Positions 10,851 through 23,739 of a DNA stretch of 64,000 nucleotides are shown one piece after another. Numbering within the stretch: position 1 is the first letter of the stretch; each line of letters starts with the position of its first letter. Where the stretch lies: positions 104,475,384 through 104,539,383 of the forward strand of contig NC_068981.1 in the NCBI RefSeq assembly GCF_001194135.2, written 5' to 3'. The position numbers were made by a program, and so were the translations under genes. The DNA comes from Octopus bimaculoides (Eukaryota). Under the pieces are notes generated by a model. It worked only from the letters and a program-made list of their open reading frames with translations, was not told where the DNA came from and did not search any database.

Positions 10851-12679
10851 CTGATACCAGATTTCATAACATTTTTTTAAAATCATATGTTGTGTCCTAA
10901 AATGGCATACAACACAGCTTATTATTTGATGTTACTTGTAAACAGTTTTTTCTTGAGACATTACTGCTCTCAGTTCATTTTTGGCTGTCTATAGCTGTGA
11001 AAATTACTTTTCTCCTGAACAATTTGTTAATATAGAACAGTCGTAATGTAGCTTCCACATAAGGGGAAAATAAATTACTCTCCTCTTGAATACAGATTTT
11101 TGTGACAAATTTTTATGGCTGATTCTACTTGATATAAGCATGGGAACATCTCAATTTAAGTGTAAGATTAATATCAGTTTCTATTTTTGACACAAGACCA
11201 GTAATTTTGGGGAAGGACTTCAGTTAATTACATCAGCCCCCACTAATCAAATGGTACTTATTTTATTAACTCAAAAGGAGGAAAAGCAAAGTCAAACTCA
11301 ATGGAATTTGAACTCAGAATGTTAAGATGAACAAAATACTGCTAAGCAATTTATCTGGCATTGCTAACTGTAAGATTAATATCAACATTGTCTGGCTACT
11401 TTTTAATCAAACTTTCTCCTGTTCCATGCAACTGTACTTCTGAATCTTTCAAATCAAGTAAATATTTACTTCAAGGACATCTATTATAGGAATGAAGGAT
11501 TTTACTTGAAATGTCTCTCCTGGAGAGAAATCTTCATAAGTATCAAATACATTGTTGACTTTATTATTTTTTTTTTTTTTCATCATTTTCTTTTCCCTAC
11601 ACATTTGTAATCTAAATCAGCCAATTTAATATAATTTTTTGTTCAATGTATTCGAAATTCTCTCAAAAATATGTTATAATGTAAGAAAACAGATTTGTAC
11701 ATGTGGTAACTACAACAAGTGGTTCATAAAGATTCTTTTTGGTTTCTTGAAACTCCTACAGCAAATAAGATCATAAACAGAGCATAAATACAAACTCAAG
11801 CTCCTGTATTTTTTTCAGATGAGTATCAGCTTGTATTCTTTTGACTTAGAAGAGCATCTAGAACTGACCTGTAACTTTCATTTATAGCAGACACGGCACT
11901 GAAATGAGCTTTCCACCAAGAGTCAGGCTGATAATTTGGCACTTTGGAATCTGTATTCAAGAATGATAACACAACCACCTGTTTGAAGAAAAGGTGGAGA
12001 AAAGTACATATCTTATGGAAAACAGCAAAAATGTTTACTGCATTTAAAACAGCAATCTACTGTAGCATTGCCAAGATTTAATGAAACTCTAGCACAAAAT
12101 ATACACAACATGCTTGTTAATCTCTTGGAAGTTTTTGCTGCATTCCATTGTATTTACCAGACATATATGCTGCATCATCATATGACTTATCACAGTGTTT
12201 ATTCAAAGCGACTTTGCAAATACTATTAAGTTCCTACCATATCCACTACACTTCCACTCCAGTGATTTCCCACATCTAGAAAAGTTAGACAGCATTCAAC
12301 AAATTAACTTTTAGCAGGTGATTCATATCTGACTATAAAAGTTAGCTGATTCATGTAGAAAAGATCTGGTACACAGACCCACTGAAGTAGTCTGCTTTTC
12401 TCAGATCATCTATAATTGATTTTCTGATTCTATCAGCCAGAAGCTGAATAAGTTCATCACATAATTTCTTAGACAAATATGAAGAAGAACCAGGTTCTTT
12501 CTTTCTATATTATTTAATGTGATTAGAAAGGGATGGATCAAACTTAGTATAAAATATTCTAACAGACAAAGGTGGTTTGTCCACATTACTCCATAAGGAG
12601 TATTGGGCCAATTTCCTGGTTTTTCTGATACATATAGTCCTTCCTGGACAGGACACCAGTCTGTTGCAAGATTACTCAA

Positions 12680-12830
12680 TTTTATCAGCTGAGTGGATTG
12701 GAGCAGTATGAAATGAAGTGTTTTGCTCAAGAACACAACAGGTTGGCTGGTCCAGGAATTGAAATCACAATCTTACAGTCATGAGTCCAACATCCAAACT
12801 ACTAAGCCAAGCACCTTCACAACAGACAAA
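12680..12830 (-). mobile_element. tRNA-derived SINE family S4 head
   Basis: Reverse complement GAAGGTGCTTGGCTTAGTAGTTTGG...GATTTCAATTCCTGGACC...GTGTTCTTGAGCAAAACACTTCATTTC; same family at 21770-21950 and 41040-41330. Confidence 0.65.
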
Positions 12831-13456
12831 GGCACTTGCCATTATTTTGAGATCCTTAAAACAATACCATATTCTGTGTATCACTGTAAAGAGCCTCCAG
12901 TACAGCTGAAGGCTCTTTTTAGCTTTTTATTTCTCTGTTTATCTTCAATATAGTTTGAACCATGCTTTGTTGTCAAGTATGTTAGCAAAACTGTTCTTTG
13001 CTTTTTTAATGTTTCTACGACTTTTGAACTGCAGTCAGAGTCAGAAAACAACTGATGTTGAAAATAGCAGTTGAAGAGCAGATAAACTATTCCTGACCCT
13101 ATATTTTATCATTAATTTTTCTGGACTGCAAAAGACCTTTTAAACAATATTTATCTTGATTTTTCTTTTTGATGCTTAGAGTTTTAAAGTGAGCTGTTAC
13201 AGTTAAAGACTGTTATGGTTCCGGTATAAGGCCCATCCTTAGCTAAGACATATTTTTGGCCAAGATCGGTGAGTCTCTTCAGTTTTCTTGTTTCAATTGT
13301 GGAGTTGACTCTGTAACTCACAATTTCATCACCTCTATGGTTTCCCTCAGCTGAGAATCCAGGCTCTGTTGTTTCAGTAGCAGAGGCACTGAGCTAATAC
13401 AGTTCTATATTTAAGAGATGAGGAATTATGTACATTATTTACATTTGTTTGTTGTT

Positions 13457-13502
13457 AACACAACGTTTCGGCTGATATCTCCTCCAGCCTTCATCAGGTG
13501 TC
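13457..13502 (-). ncRNA. Minimal type I hammerhead ribozyme motif (Penelope-type)
   Basis: GACAC-CUGAUGA-A-GGCUG(loop)CAGCC-GAAAC-GUU-GUGUU: stem I GACAC/GUGUU, intact 5-bp stem II, conserved core, loopless palindromic ACGU stem III. Confidence 0.75.
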
Positions 13503-13799
13503 TTGGGGAAATTTCAAACCTGGGTTCACATTCCTAAGGTATTTTTCGATGTTATTATTATTATTATTATTATTCAGGTCACTACCTGAAATTGAACTCA
13601 GAATCTTGGGGTTAGTAACCTGCGCTCTTAACCACTACACCATATACCCATGGGCATATGGCGTAGTGGTTAAGAGTGCGGGCTACTAACCCCAAGATTC
13701 CGAGTTCGATTCCAGGCAGTGACCTGAGTAATAATAATAATGATAATAACATCGAAAAATACCATAGGAAGGAGAACCCAGATTCAAAATTTCCCCCAA

Positions 13800-13845
13800 G
13801 ACATCTGATGAAGGCTGGAGGGTATAGCCGCCGAAACGTTGTGTT
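13800..13845 (+). ncRNA. Minimal hammerhead ribozyme motif, second arm
   Basis: GACAU-CUGAUGA-A-GGCUGGAGGGUAUAGCCGCC-GAAAC-GUU-GUGUU; core intact, stem II altered (extra GCC). Confidence 0.65.
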
Positions 13846-14818
13846 AACAACAAACAAGATGAGGACAAATATCCGTCAAATGTTAACAATGTGAAGGCAC
13901 TGAGCTATAGTGATTTTTGGATTTCGCTGGTCAATTTGTATTTGTGGATCCTAATCTGTTGCTGGAGTAAAATATCAGCCAAGCATTTGTGTATTTTGAA
14001 GTTGTTCTTCAAGCTGTTCTTTTCTTTAGGCTTCATTCACATATCTTTTGAGGATTCTGCTTCCTATCAGTGCAGGAACAAACAGTAACATGGATAGGAT
14101 ACAGTAAAAACAAATAAATAAAATACATAATTGCAATTTATTCAAAATATTCATAGTTTTTAAGATATATTATGATTTAAGACATATCAGTTTCAAATTT
14201 TGGCACAAGGCCAGCAATTTGAGGGGAGAGGGATAAGTCAATTACATTGACCCCCAGTGTTCAACTGGTACTTATTTTATCAACCCGAAAAGGATGAAAG
14301 GCAAAATTGACCTCAGTAGAATTTAGAGACAAAATGCTGCTAATTATTTTTTCTGACATGCTAATGATTCTGTCAGTTTGCTGCCTTTATGATGTAAGAC
14401 ATTATTTGTTAATCACTTCAATTGTAACCCAATTCTTTGGGTTACAGTATTAGCACTGAAGACTATCTTTATATAAGTGCAAAGCAAATCAGTTACAGAA
14501 TCCTATTTTTTGCCAAACAATACAAACAGGAAGAGTTGAGCACCAGCACTCCAAGTGAAACAATCACCGGTTAAACAATATTGTTGTTGTGAGTTGTAGA
14601 GTGTTGTTGACTGGTCTGAGGTGACGACTAGTTGAGTTGTTGAATGAAAATGTATTTCTCAGACTGTGGGAAGAAAAAACTGACAATAGCTATGAACAAT
14701 TAACAGAAGACTATATAACTGCACGTAGAGTTTAACTGCATTAGTTTTTTTACAAACAATAACAGCTATAAGTACATACTTGGAGAGACATCCTACTTGG
14801 AGTTCACGACAAGCTTAC

Positions 14819-14850
14819 TGGTACAGTAATCTGTGGCTGGCCCATCATAA
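14819..14850 (-). CDS. Possible 32-nt exon (YDGPATDYCT) of the minus-strand gene
   Basis: Acceptor CAATTGTTTCCAG|T, donor CCA|GTAAGC; phases fit 27041-27130 upstream and 6908-7028 downstream; short enough to be a chance match. Confidence 0.35.
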
Positions 14851-15087
14851 CTGGAAACAATTGTAGTATATTTGTGGTAAAAAAAATTCTTGTCGACAAT
14901 GGGCCATTTGTCTTAACTGGCTGTCTGTGTTGTGTGGTGAGAATGGAGACATAACACAGCTGTTTTAACATTCTGCAATTACTGCTAAAAGGCACCTTTT
15001 TATAGGGCACAAGGAAAAGGTTCTGGAAGGAGAAAATTCAAGAGAAGATTCAATGAGGCAATGATTTGATGCTGATCGGTTGCTTAA

Positions 15088-15310
15088 CCCTTTAGCATTT
15101 AAACCAGCCACATCTGGCCCAAATATTATACCTGTTTTATGTTCAAACTGGCCAGATCCAGCCTCTCCCACCTACCCTACAATGTCATTCTTAGAATAAA
15201 CAATCACATCAGTAAAATCTCACTGCTACAAGATAATGCATAATTAATTCAAAACAATATGAATAAATAAGCATTACATTTGACAAAGTAATCTGAATGC
15301 CAAGGATCAA
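15088..15310. mobile_element. piggyBac-type MITE, family B
   Basis: TTAA-CCCTTTAGCATTTAAAC start; same family at ~40160-40370 and 45128-45716. Confidence 0.7.
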
Positions 15311-15394
15311 TCATGTGAAACTATTGTGGTTTGATCGTGATGCCTGACCAGTTACCTAGCAGTCTGGTTTCAGATTACTGCTACACCACCATAG

Positions 15395-16395
15395 ATGCAG
15401 GCATAGTTGTGTGGTTTAGAGGTTTGCTTTGCAACCATGTGGTTCTGGGTTCAATCCCACAATGCAGCACCTTGGGCAAGTGTCCTCTACTATAGTCTCA
15501 TACCAGCCATTACCTTATGAGTGAATCTAGTTGATAGAAACTGTAAGAAGCCTGTCATATATGCATGTATGTACATCATTATTCAGTTTTATTTTAAGAA
15601 TTTTTGCCAATAGAGAAAGGGTCAGTTTCTAACCTAGATCCAAGGTTCCTGCATTGAAATTTCAACAACACCAAAAGGGTAATATTGTATATATGTATAC
15701 GTACAGATGTGTATGTTTTGTTTTATGTATGTATTCTCATGCATATACTTGCATATCTAGACATGCTCACATATATTTAAATGATAAGCTTCTGGAGAGT
15801 TTTATAGGTCCAGTGATAGCTTGGATCTCTAGTCTTCAAATCAGCTTTCTCCTTTCTGGTTTTGAGGAGCCTAATTTCTCAAGATTGGTATTTAGGCAGT
15901 GTGTTTTGTTACAGGTACCATTGTAAGATATGTTTTCATCCACATCTAGACACCTGTAATATTCCTCATCCGATATAGGGAAAACAGTTAAGTCATTGAT
16001 GGAGATGTTGCTACACTGGTTTACAGTTTTCCCTCTTTTCACAATCATATAGTAACATGTATGTATGTATGCATGCATGCATGTATGTATGTATGCCTGT
16101 TTGTATGCATGAACATATGTATGTGTGCATGTATGTATGTATGCATGCATGCATGCATATGTGTATGTATGTATGCATGGTGTGTGTATAGGTGTGTGTC
16201 TGTTTGTCTCCTCACTCCTTGTCAATGGGTATTGACTTGCTTACATCCCCATAACTTCGCAGTTCAGCAAAATAGATCAATAAAATAAATACCTAACTTT
16301 AAAAAAAATAAGTACCAGGGCTCATTCGTTTGACTTACCCACTACTATGTGATGCTCCAGTATGACTGCAATCAATAACTGAAACAAGTAAAAGA
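15395..16395 (+). mobile_element. SINE S2 split by a nested LINE relic
   Basis: Head 15395-15555 and tail 16200-16395; the intervening minus-strand fragment (~15800-16050) reads FPISDEEYYRCLDVDENISYNG, resembling the post-RT YKYLG region of non-LTR elements. Confidence 0.6.
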
Positions 16396-16551
16396 GTTAA
16401 AAAAAAAGCTTGCAGTTGTGAGATTTCTTTTCTTCTATTTTACACACTGCTACATTGTTCGTCAATGTTATTAGGAAATATATAAAATACTTGACTGTAG
16501 CACTTTTGGAAATTATAATGTGAAATAAGTAATTTGAGGCCACATTGAATA

Positions 16552-18134
16552 AGAGGTCTGTCCAAAAGAAAAAAAGGAAGTAAAAATAGACCTTTAAAAC
16601 AGCACACCAACCAGTTAGCTGTACAGCATGCTTATGAATGTAGAGCTGTATATGGTGACCTTAACTTTCTGTCTAATAATAACCACATTATGCCACATCA
16701 GAGCTTGAGAGAATGTATGTTTAGTTTACTAGCAGATTTGTCGAAGGATTTAGAAGGACAATTTGTTTGTGTCAAATGACAACAGACCTATAGTAAGGAT
16801 TGTTTGAGTCATGCACAATGTCATAAGAGATATCAGTATTTCAAATTAATGTCGTAATTGCAGTAGATTTGACCATTATTGCCAAAACCAGTAAAAAAAA
16901 AATGTCAAAATTGCTCAAATGTGAAGGGAATGTTGGTATCAGCTTCTTTTTTATTAGAAGGGTATCATGAACTTGTTCCACAAAGTCAGACAATCAATAA
17001 AAGTTTTTATGTGAGTATACTGAGGCATTTGAGAAGGGCAATGCAGTGTGGACAAACAAAAAGCTAGAAGTTCCACTATGACAATGCACTTGCTCCCTCA
17101 TCACTCCTCAACTATGACTTTTTGACTAAGAAAAACTGATTCCTATTCATTAACCACTCCACTCTTTGATTTGCCCTCTGCTGGTTTTTGCCTGTTCTCA
17201 AAGCTGAAATCTATCAGAAAGGTCAGAGACTTAATATGACAGAAGAGATCAAAGAAAAATTGAAATTGAAATGGTACACTCCTTTGTACATTCCAAAACT
17301 AGGCAAAACATTAGGAGTGGTGTATCAATAATGGAAGGGAACTAATTCCAAGGGAAAAAATTTAATCAAATTGTAACTAAAGTAATAACTTTGCTGTTGT
17401 AGCATAGGTGTATTACAGTATAGGTAGGTGTATTACATCCCTTTGGTGGTAAACACCACCAGGGAGCAAGGTAGCTGAATTACATCCCTTCGCTAGTAAA
17501 TGCCACCAGGTGGCATGGCAGCTGACACCTATATATTCTGGTGTTTTGGGGCGATCTTTCTCTCTTGCCATTTCAACACCAAGGGGCATGAATATCTCTC
17601 TTCTGCCTAATACCACAGACTACATGCGATTACCATTGTTCTAACAATGTTTGCCTATCTGTCTTCTTATTAGCGTCATTATAATGATGCCTGCCTAATA
17701 GATTTTAGACCACTGTCATTTTCCTGCTTTATCATGGCAATTTGTTCAGCAACTAACTTTATTGCCACAGCCTACAAGACAAAAATGACTGTCATGTTAC
17801 CAACTTCATTGACACCTGTTATGAATTTGTATCAGCAAGTTCAAGCCATGAACTGAATATATATTTTTGACTAAGCCTCACACACAACACTGCACACGTG
17901 TTTCAAGCACCCTTGTAATTTTGTCGCACAACTTGTTAGCTTTTACTTGTTATCCAAAGGATCCACAACCTATGAATATTTTATTTCTTACATTGTGTGA
18001 AAAGCTGTGTTTGTATTCTCTTTCTGAATAAATTTTATTTATTGTTGTAAGCAGTTTTCATCTTCTTACACAAACTTAACATACGAAACTGTTTTAATAA
18101 ATGTTTGCTTTCTTCTTGTTTTGAACAGCCCTCA
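16552..18134 (+). mobile_element. Degenerate mariner element with extra internal sequence
   Basis: TA-flanked inverted ends AGAGGTCTGTCCAAAA / TTTTGAACAGCCCTCA; transposase motifs HELVPQSQTINKSFYVSILRHLR and YDNALA (HDNAPAH-like) at ~16900-17350. Confidence 0.65.
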
Positions 18135-20349
18135 TATGAAAATAAGGTTAAATTCAAGAAAAAGATTCCATTCAAAGGCAGTATATCCAAGGGACAGAAT
18201 CATCATTTTCATTGTCACAATGTCTGATGACCATTTGAACTTGCCTGTTGCGAGTACACAGAATCCTTGTACACAGGCTCGTTGCCAGACTTTGGTTCTT
18301 GGGGATGCCTTAGAATATTCTGGGTGGGAACTAATTTGTATTGTGGAAGGTTTTTTGTAAACTGTATTTCCTAAATCTGAGAGTGCACCATTGAATAGTG
18401 AGGGGGGGGGGGCAGTGCCATCCAGTGCAAAACCCCTTAGTGACAGGCATGTGTACACATTAACCTTTTTGCTACCAATCTGCTCGAGACCACCTCTGGT
18501 CCTTTGATATTAATTTCCTGCTTGAAAGGGATCTAAATTAAAATAACCATAAAATAAAACTAGCATAAAAATTTCATGCTAAATTATATTCCATATGCCA
18601 GCATAATACCAACAGTTTTTTACTAAAATATTTAATTGCTTTCAAAATTAATTGGAAAAAAACTAATAAAAAATTATGACAACAAATGGTTAAAGACTAT
18701 AGTATGTTGAAATGTCATCCAGCAATGCCTTGTTTTTTCTAGCTATTTTCACTTTTTAGTACTCTTTACCATACCATATATCACAACCCTTTCCTACATC
18801 TTAGATGCATATCTAAAATATCACAGCCACAGAACAAAGGAATGCAAAAGTCATGGACACTGCTTCTTCTGCCTAAACTACTAAAAAAATAAACTTAACT
18901 AAAGGATAATATTTTTTGCTTTCACTAAAAGGACATTAAATAAGATAAAAAATTAAATATTTTGGAGTATCTTATAGCATCTTTTTCCAATTATGAAACT
19001 TACTAAAATATTCACATTTGTAGCTTTGGTCAGCCCAAGGCTCTGATCAGCACAAGGCTTTGGTCAGCCCAAGGTGCCATGCAGTGGGCCTGAACCTAGA
19101 AACAATGTGGTTGAGAAGCAAGCTTCTTACCACACAGCCATGCCTGCACCTGCATAGGTGACAGACAAGAGTTGTAACTTGCAATAAGCTTCTGACTGGT
19201 TAGATCTACATATGTTGCCATTCTTCCATCACTATACGAATTTCAGTAGATTGGATGAAAAATAAGGTCACCATAAAGAGACATCTGTACATCAGTGGAT
19301 TATAGTGATAAATGATTGCACAACACAAGAGCCACTCTCTGTGTCTCCGTGATTACTATTTAGTGATGGGCAAAGTAAGATGATCAGTAAGCACATGAAA
19401 CTGCAAGTTTTACATCTGAATGTCCTTCTCTTAGATGGACAGTGTGACAGCAGTTAGGGTTCTCTCACTCGCAGTAGCTTTGCTGCACACCAGGAGTATT
19501 TTTGCATCTCTGTGTTCGGATGGAATATCGTTACATATGCTAGTTAACACATAGCTGGGACCCTGAGAGGTGCTACTACTCCAGTTCAGAAAGACCTGGG
19601 AATAACAGTAGCTAAGAGGTGGTTCCTCACTCCTCAAAACCCTGGAACTCCTAAACCAGAGCCCCACTTCTGACTAAAGTCATACATACATATATGCATA
19701 GACACACACACATACATACATACACACGCATGCACACACATACATACATAATACAAACTTACATGCATATTTTCATACAATTTGCATGTATACATACATA
19801 CAACTTACATGCATGCATACGTACATACAACTTACATGCATGCATACATAAATACATATATATACTTGCATGCAAAATCACATCCTTAATGGTTGTCCAA
19901 AAAGTACAACTGTTGGTGCCATGAACATGTCGTGAAGGCCATAGACACTATCTGTCAGTCAGTCCCATTGTCAGTCTCTCTGTCCCACAAGGAGACTATT
20001 TCTTTTGTCAGAGCTGGCATGAAGTTGACAACAGCTGTAAGGATCACCTTAACTGGTTATTAGTAATGGCACAAGGCATACAGTTGAAAATCAATCTGGT
20101 AAAGTTCCCAGATACTGCTGTCTCAACATTACTGAAGTCAGACATGATCATGGAATCATCTAATTAGGTGATTTATTACAAAACTCCACTCTTTGGTAAG
20201 GTCATACTGAGAAGGCAAACAATTGAAAGAAATTGAAATATGATGAATTGATGAAATTATGCTGAAACAATGGGTGGCAAGCAAGGTATGATCCCATTGA
20301 AGTGGATCAAAGAGGGTTTGCAGGCCAGCCCCTCTACAGAGCTTTTAAC

Positions 20350-20720
20350 ATATTAGATATAATAGAGACTAGTTGGCAGAAGAACACCAAGTTGGCTCTG
20401 GAAGTAGCAGAGCTTGCTCCAAAGTGGTTTTGGTATTCTTTGTCGACCATCTGGCTAGAGGGAACTCAGCGAATGTACATGATACACTTGCCATCAAAGG
20501 GGATAGTCATGAGCTTCCAGTGGATTTGCTTTGCTTAGGCTCTTGTACCAGCAAAAAACAGCTCATACAAGTTAATTCATATGCAGTCTAGGGCATTCCA
20601 TAAGTTTTTGTAGCATTTTTGCCCAGTTTAGCACAAAACTTTATTACATAGTGACCTTCTAAGTTGTCTTCACATTCACACTGCATTCTACAGACTAGTC
20701 AGCTGTGACAAGCAGTGTTT
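20350..20720 (-). mobile_element. Internally deleted mariner relic
   Basis: VIKFCAKLGKNATKTYGM (HTH start) juxtaposed to LMTIPFDGKCIMYIR*VPSSQMVDKEY (DDD domain). Confidence 0.65.
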
Positions 20721-22289
20721 AATAGGTTGTGTTCAAAATGCTGTTACAGCCATCTCTTTCAATCTAACATAACAAAAACTGGAAGATCAGCTTATTAGAT
20801 GCAAAGTAATGATATACAAAAATTACAATAATCTAAGATAGTTATCACTATCTCTCCTAAAAAAGTTTCAGCATTTACCTCATGCTTACATTTGTGTGTG
20901 TGTATATACATATATATACTTTATTTAAAAACAGCAGAAAAAGAAAAAAGAAAAAAAAACTGTCCGATGAATGGGAACATGAAACTCTGAGTAACAGCTT
21001 TTGTTATATTTCTGCTGCTTTTAAATAAAGCATATTACTCTACATCTGGTATTCAAGTACTCTTTTTTCCACCTGGTTTCACATTTATGTGCTTACTCCG
21101 GCACACATATATTTATATATATAAACACACATTTTTTTTTTTTTTATAGGTATACATGAACACACATATATATGTATAAACACACACATTCACATGCAAT
21201 ATAAGCTCCAGTGGTGATTAAGACTATATGAAAAGATAAGGAGAATCAGATGCACAGATAACACGATCAAGGTATACAGTTGCAAATGTTCTAATATAAA
21301 AGTCTATAATTTTATCTTTCATGGCTTTAACCTTTGACTCAAACTGTTTTGATATTAACTTAACTGTATTTGTTTTAAAAATACATACATACAAACACAC
21401 ACACACACATAGATACATACATACATAATGCATACATAACCACATACATATGTACTGCCATCCATACGTACATGTACATGCATTACATACATGAAAACAT
21501 ACACACATATATTATGTATGTACATACATATGTACATACAGATACATACATGCACACTCATACAATCATACATTCATATGTACATCCATTCATTCATACA
21601 TATGTACATACGTATACACACACATACACATATACATATACACACACAAACAAACACACATACATACATACATATTATCAAACCTTAGGCATCACTGTCT
21701 TGAGTCTTAGAACTTGCGGCACTAGTTATACAGTTTCCAAAGTGTATAAGTGAATGAGATTACAATATTCGATCAGAATGTGACACCAGTCCAATGTAGG
21801 GTTATTTGTTTACAGACTAGTGAAATAGAGCAACATGAAACAAAATGTTTTGCACAGCAACACAATGCACTGTCCAGTCCAGAAATTGAAACCATGATCT
21901 TGTGATCATGAGTGCAGCCATCTAACCATGAGGCCATGCAGCTCAATATATATATTTAGATCAGTGCTACTCAATGTGTTAGTCCACAGTCCTGCAATGG
22001 TGTGTGAGCTATCAGCTGCCGGTACACAGAGAGTTTCCAGAAAAAAAGAAACATTATAAAATACTTATGTAATATTGTATTATTTGTTTACAAAATAAAT
22101 ATAAGATTAAAAAAATTGTCAACTTTTATTATAGTCATTATATATATTGTTTCCAGTATAAATAATGTTACTAAGAANNNNNNNNNNTATATATATATAT
22201 ATATATATATATTTTAAGTTGTTCTGAAAATAATGGCCTCTCTAAGTGTTGTGTTTTGAAATGCAATTTTATCATAGTATTTTAATTAT

Positions 22290-23345
22290 ATTTTAGGTGA
22301 ATCTTGACATACTTAGTAATTGATGTATGCTCTTTAATAATATTCTAGTTATTTCAGACACAAAACATTCTTGAAGCATAGGCACCCTTGCATGAGTTCA
22401 AGCTTGGGCACAATGCCTACCAAACTGCTGCCAATATCAAAAGAGCACAGTACGAAGGTGGTTTCAGAAATCCTGTAGTGGTGATGAGAGCCTTGAAGAT
22501 GAAGGTAGAGGATGGTCATGCAGTCTTGAACAATTGAAAGTAATTGTTGAACAAAACCCACGTCAAAGTGTCAGAGAAGTGTCTCAGGCACTTGGTGTCG
22601 GTATTGCAACGGTCTCAGAAACTTGGTGTTGGTATTGCAATGGTCTCACACAATCTGCAGAAGATTGATAAGGTGAAAAAGCTTAATAAATGGGTACTGC
22701 ATGAGCTCAATGAAAATCAAAAAGTTTGGCATTTTGAAGTGTGCTTGATGATCTTTCTGCGAAACACAAATTATCCTTTTCTTGATTAAATAGTCACTTG
22801 TGACGGAAAGTGGATCCTTTATGATAACCGTAAAAGATCAGGTCAATGGCTTGATTGTGATAAGTCCCCCAAACATTTTCCAAAGCTAAAGTTGCACTAG
22901 CAAAAGATTATGGTGACTGTCTGGTGGTCTGCAATTGGTGTTGTCCATTACAGCTTCTTGGAAGTCAATCAGAGCATTACAACAGAGGTTCACTGCAATC
23001 AACTTGCTAAAATGAGACCTGCATTGGTGAATCGGCGTGGCCCAATTCTGCTCCATGATAATGCAAAGCCACATGTTGCAAGAATGATGCTGCAGAAGCT
23101 CATTTTGGATACGAGACTTTACCACATCCATCATATTCTCCTGATCTTTCACCCACTTTTTTAAAGCATTTAAACATGTTTTTAGGTGATAAAACTTTCA
23201 GGTCCAAACCAGAGGCGGAATCAGCTTTCAAAGATTTCTTAGCATCAAAGGCAATAAGTTTTTATCAATGAAGCATAAATAATCTCGTTGATTAATGGCA
23301 AAGATGCATAGATGTTCACAGCTCATACTTTGACTAATCAAAATA
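22290..23345 (+). mobile_element. Mariner (DD34D, SETMAR/Hsmar1-like) transposase pseudogene
   Basis: KWVLHELNENQK, IVTCDGKWILYDN, IMVTVWWSAIGVVHY, ILLHDNAKPHV and an HPSYSPDLSP-like motif; stops plus a 31-bp tandem duplication at 22581-22642 causing a frameshift. Confidence 0.92.
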
Positions 23346-23739
23346 TTTATATTAATTTTTCCAAAATAAAATTGTTTCTGAAAAGCTACCAGAAGGAGGT
23401 AATATCTTCATTTATATAGAAAATCAAAAATAGAATCATAGATAGCAAAAAGAGAAATGAACACACAATCCAACAAGAAAAGTATTAAAAATAACCGTTA
23501 ACAGGTATAGGTGTATAAATGCCTTTGGGCAAGCTGCATGGTGCGAGTACACTTGCTCATACGAGCATCCACAAAAATGTGAGCATACCCACATGCAAGG
23601 TTTGGTGCACTCATGATCACAAAGCGAGTTACTTATCAACTTAGTGTTTATAAGAATGGGGAGGTTAAAAGTAAACTTAAGTCATCCATACCTTAAAGTA
23701 AATTAAGTTAACGGTTACTCAAAATTCATTCTCACTGCA

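Larger units (their letters stand above)
13397..13894. mobile_element. Palindromic non-autonomous element: tRNA-like heads back to back, hammerhead motif in each arm
   Basis: 13-bp TSD AGGCACTGAGCTA (13384-13396, 13895-13907); arms are reverse complements about the centre CCCA|TGGG at 13650/13651; A box TGGCGTAGTGG, B box GAGTTCGATTCC, (AAT)n spacer. Confidence 0.9.
10900..14090 (-). mobile_element. Degenerate hAT (ZMYM1-like) transposase relic, fragmented by insertions
   Basis: Minus-strand motifs SYDDAAYMSGKYNGMQQK, SLNLG, SWWKAHFSAVSAINESYRSVLDAL and FSPYVEATLRLF...KNELRAVMSQE (dimerisation domain); many stops. Confidence 0.72.

Noticed and set aside
13652-13725. Possible tRNA gene (A/B boxes, ACT anticodon-like loop)
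   Set aside because: No complementary acceptor stem and a weak anticodon stem; it is embedded in a TSD-flanked repeat, so it is treated as a SINE-type head.
18132-18458. 108-aa minus-strand ORF and an alternative-frame peptide just outside a mariner TIR
   Set aside because: No convincing splice-site pair and no recognisable homology.
18770-18880. Possible minus-strand exon SLGRRSSVHDFCIPLFCGCDILDMHL
   Set aside because: Good acceptor but poor donor; unresolved without transcript data.
21224-21375. Protein-like minus-strand stretch KLISKQFESKVKAMKDKIIDFYIRTFAT after a possible acceptor
   Set aside because: Only weak donors, and the phase does not fit the best exon chain.
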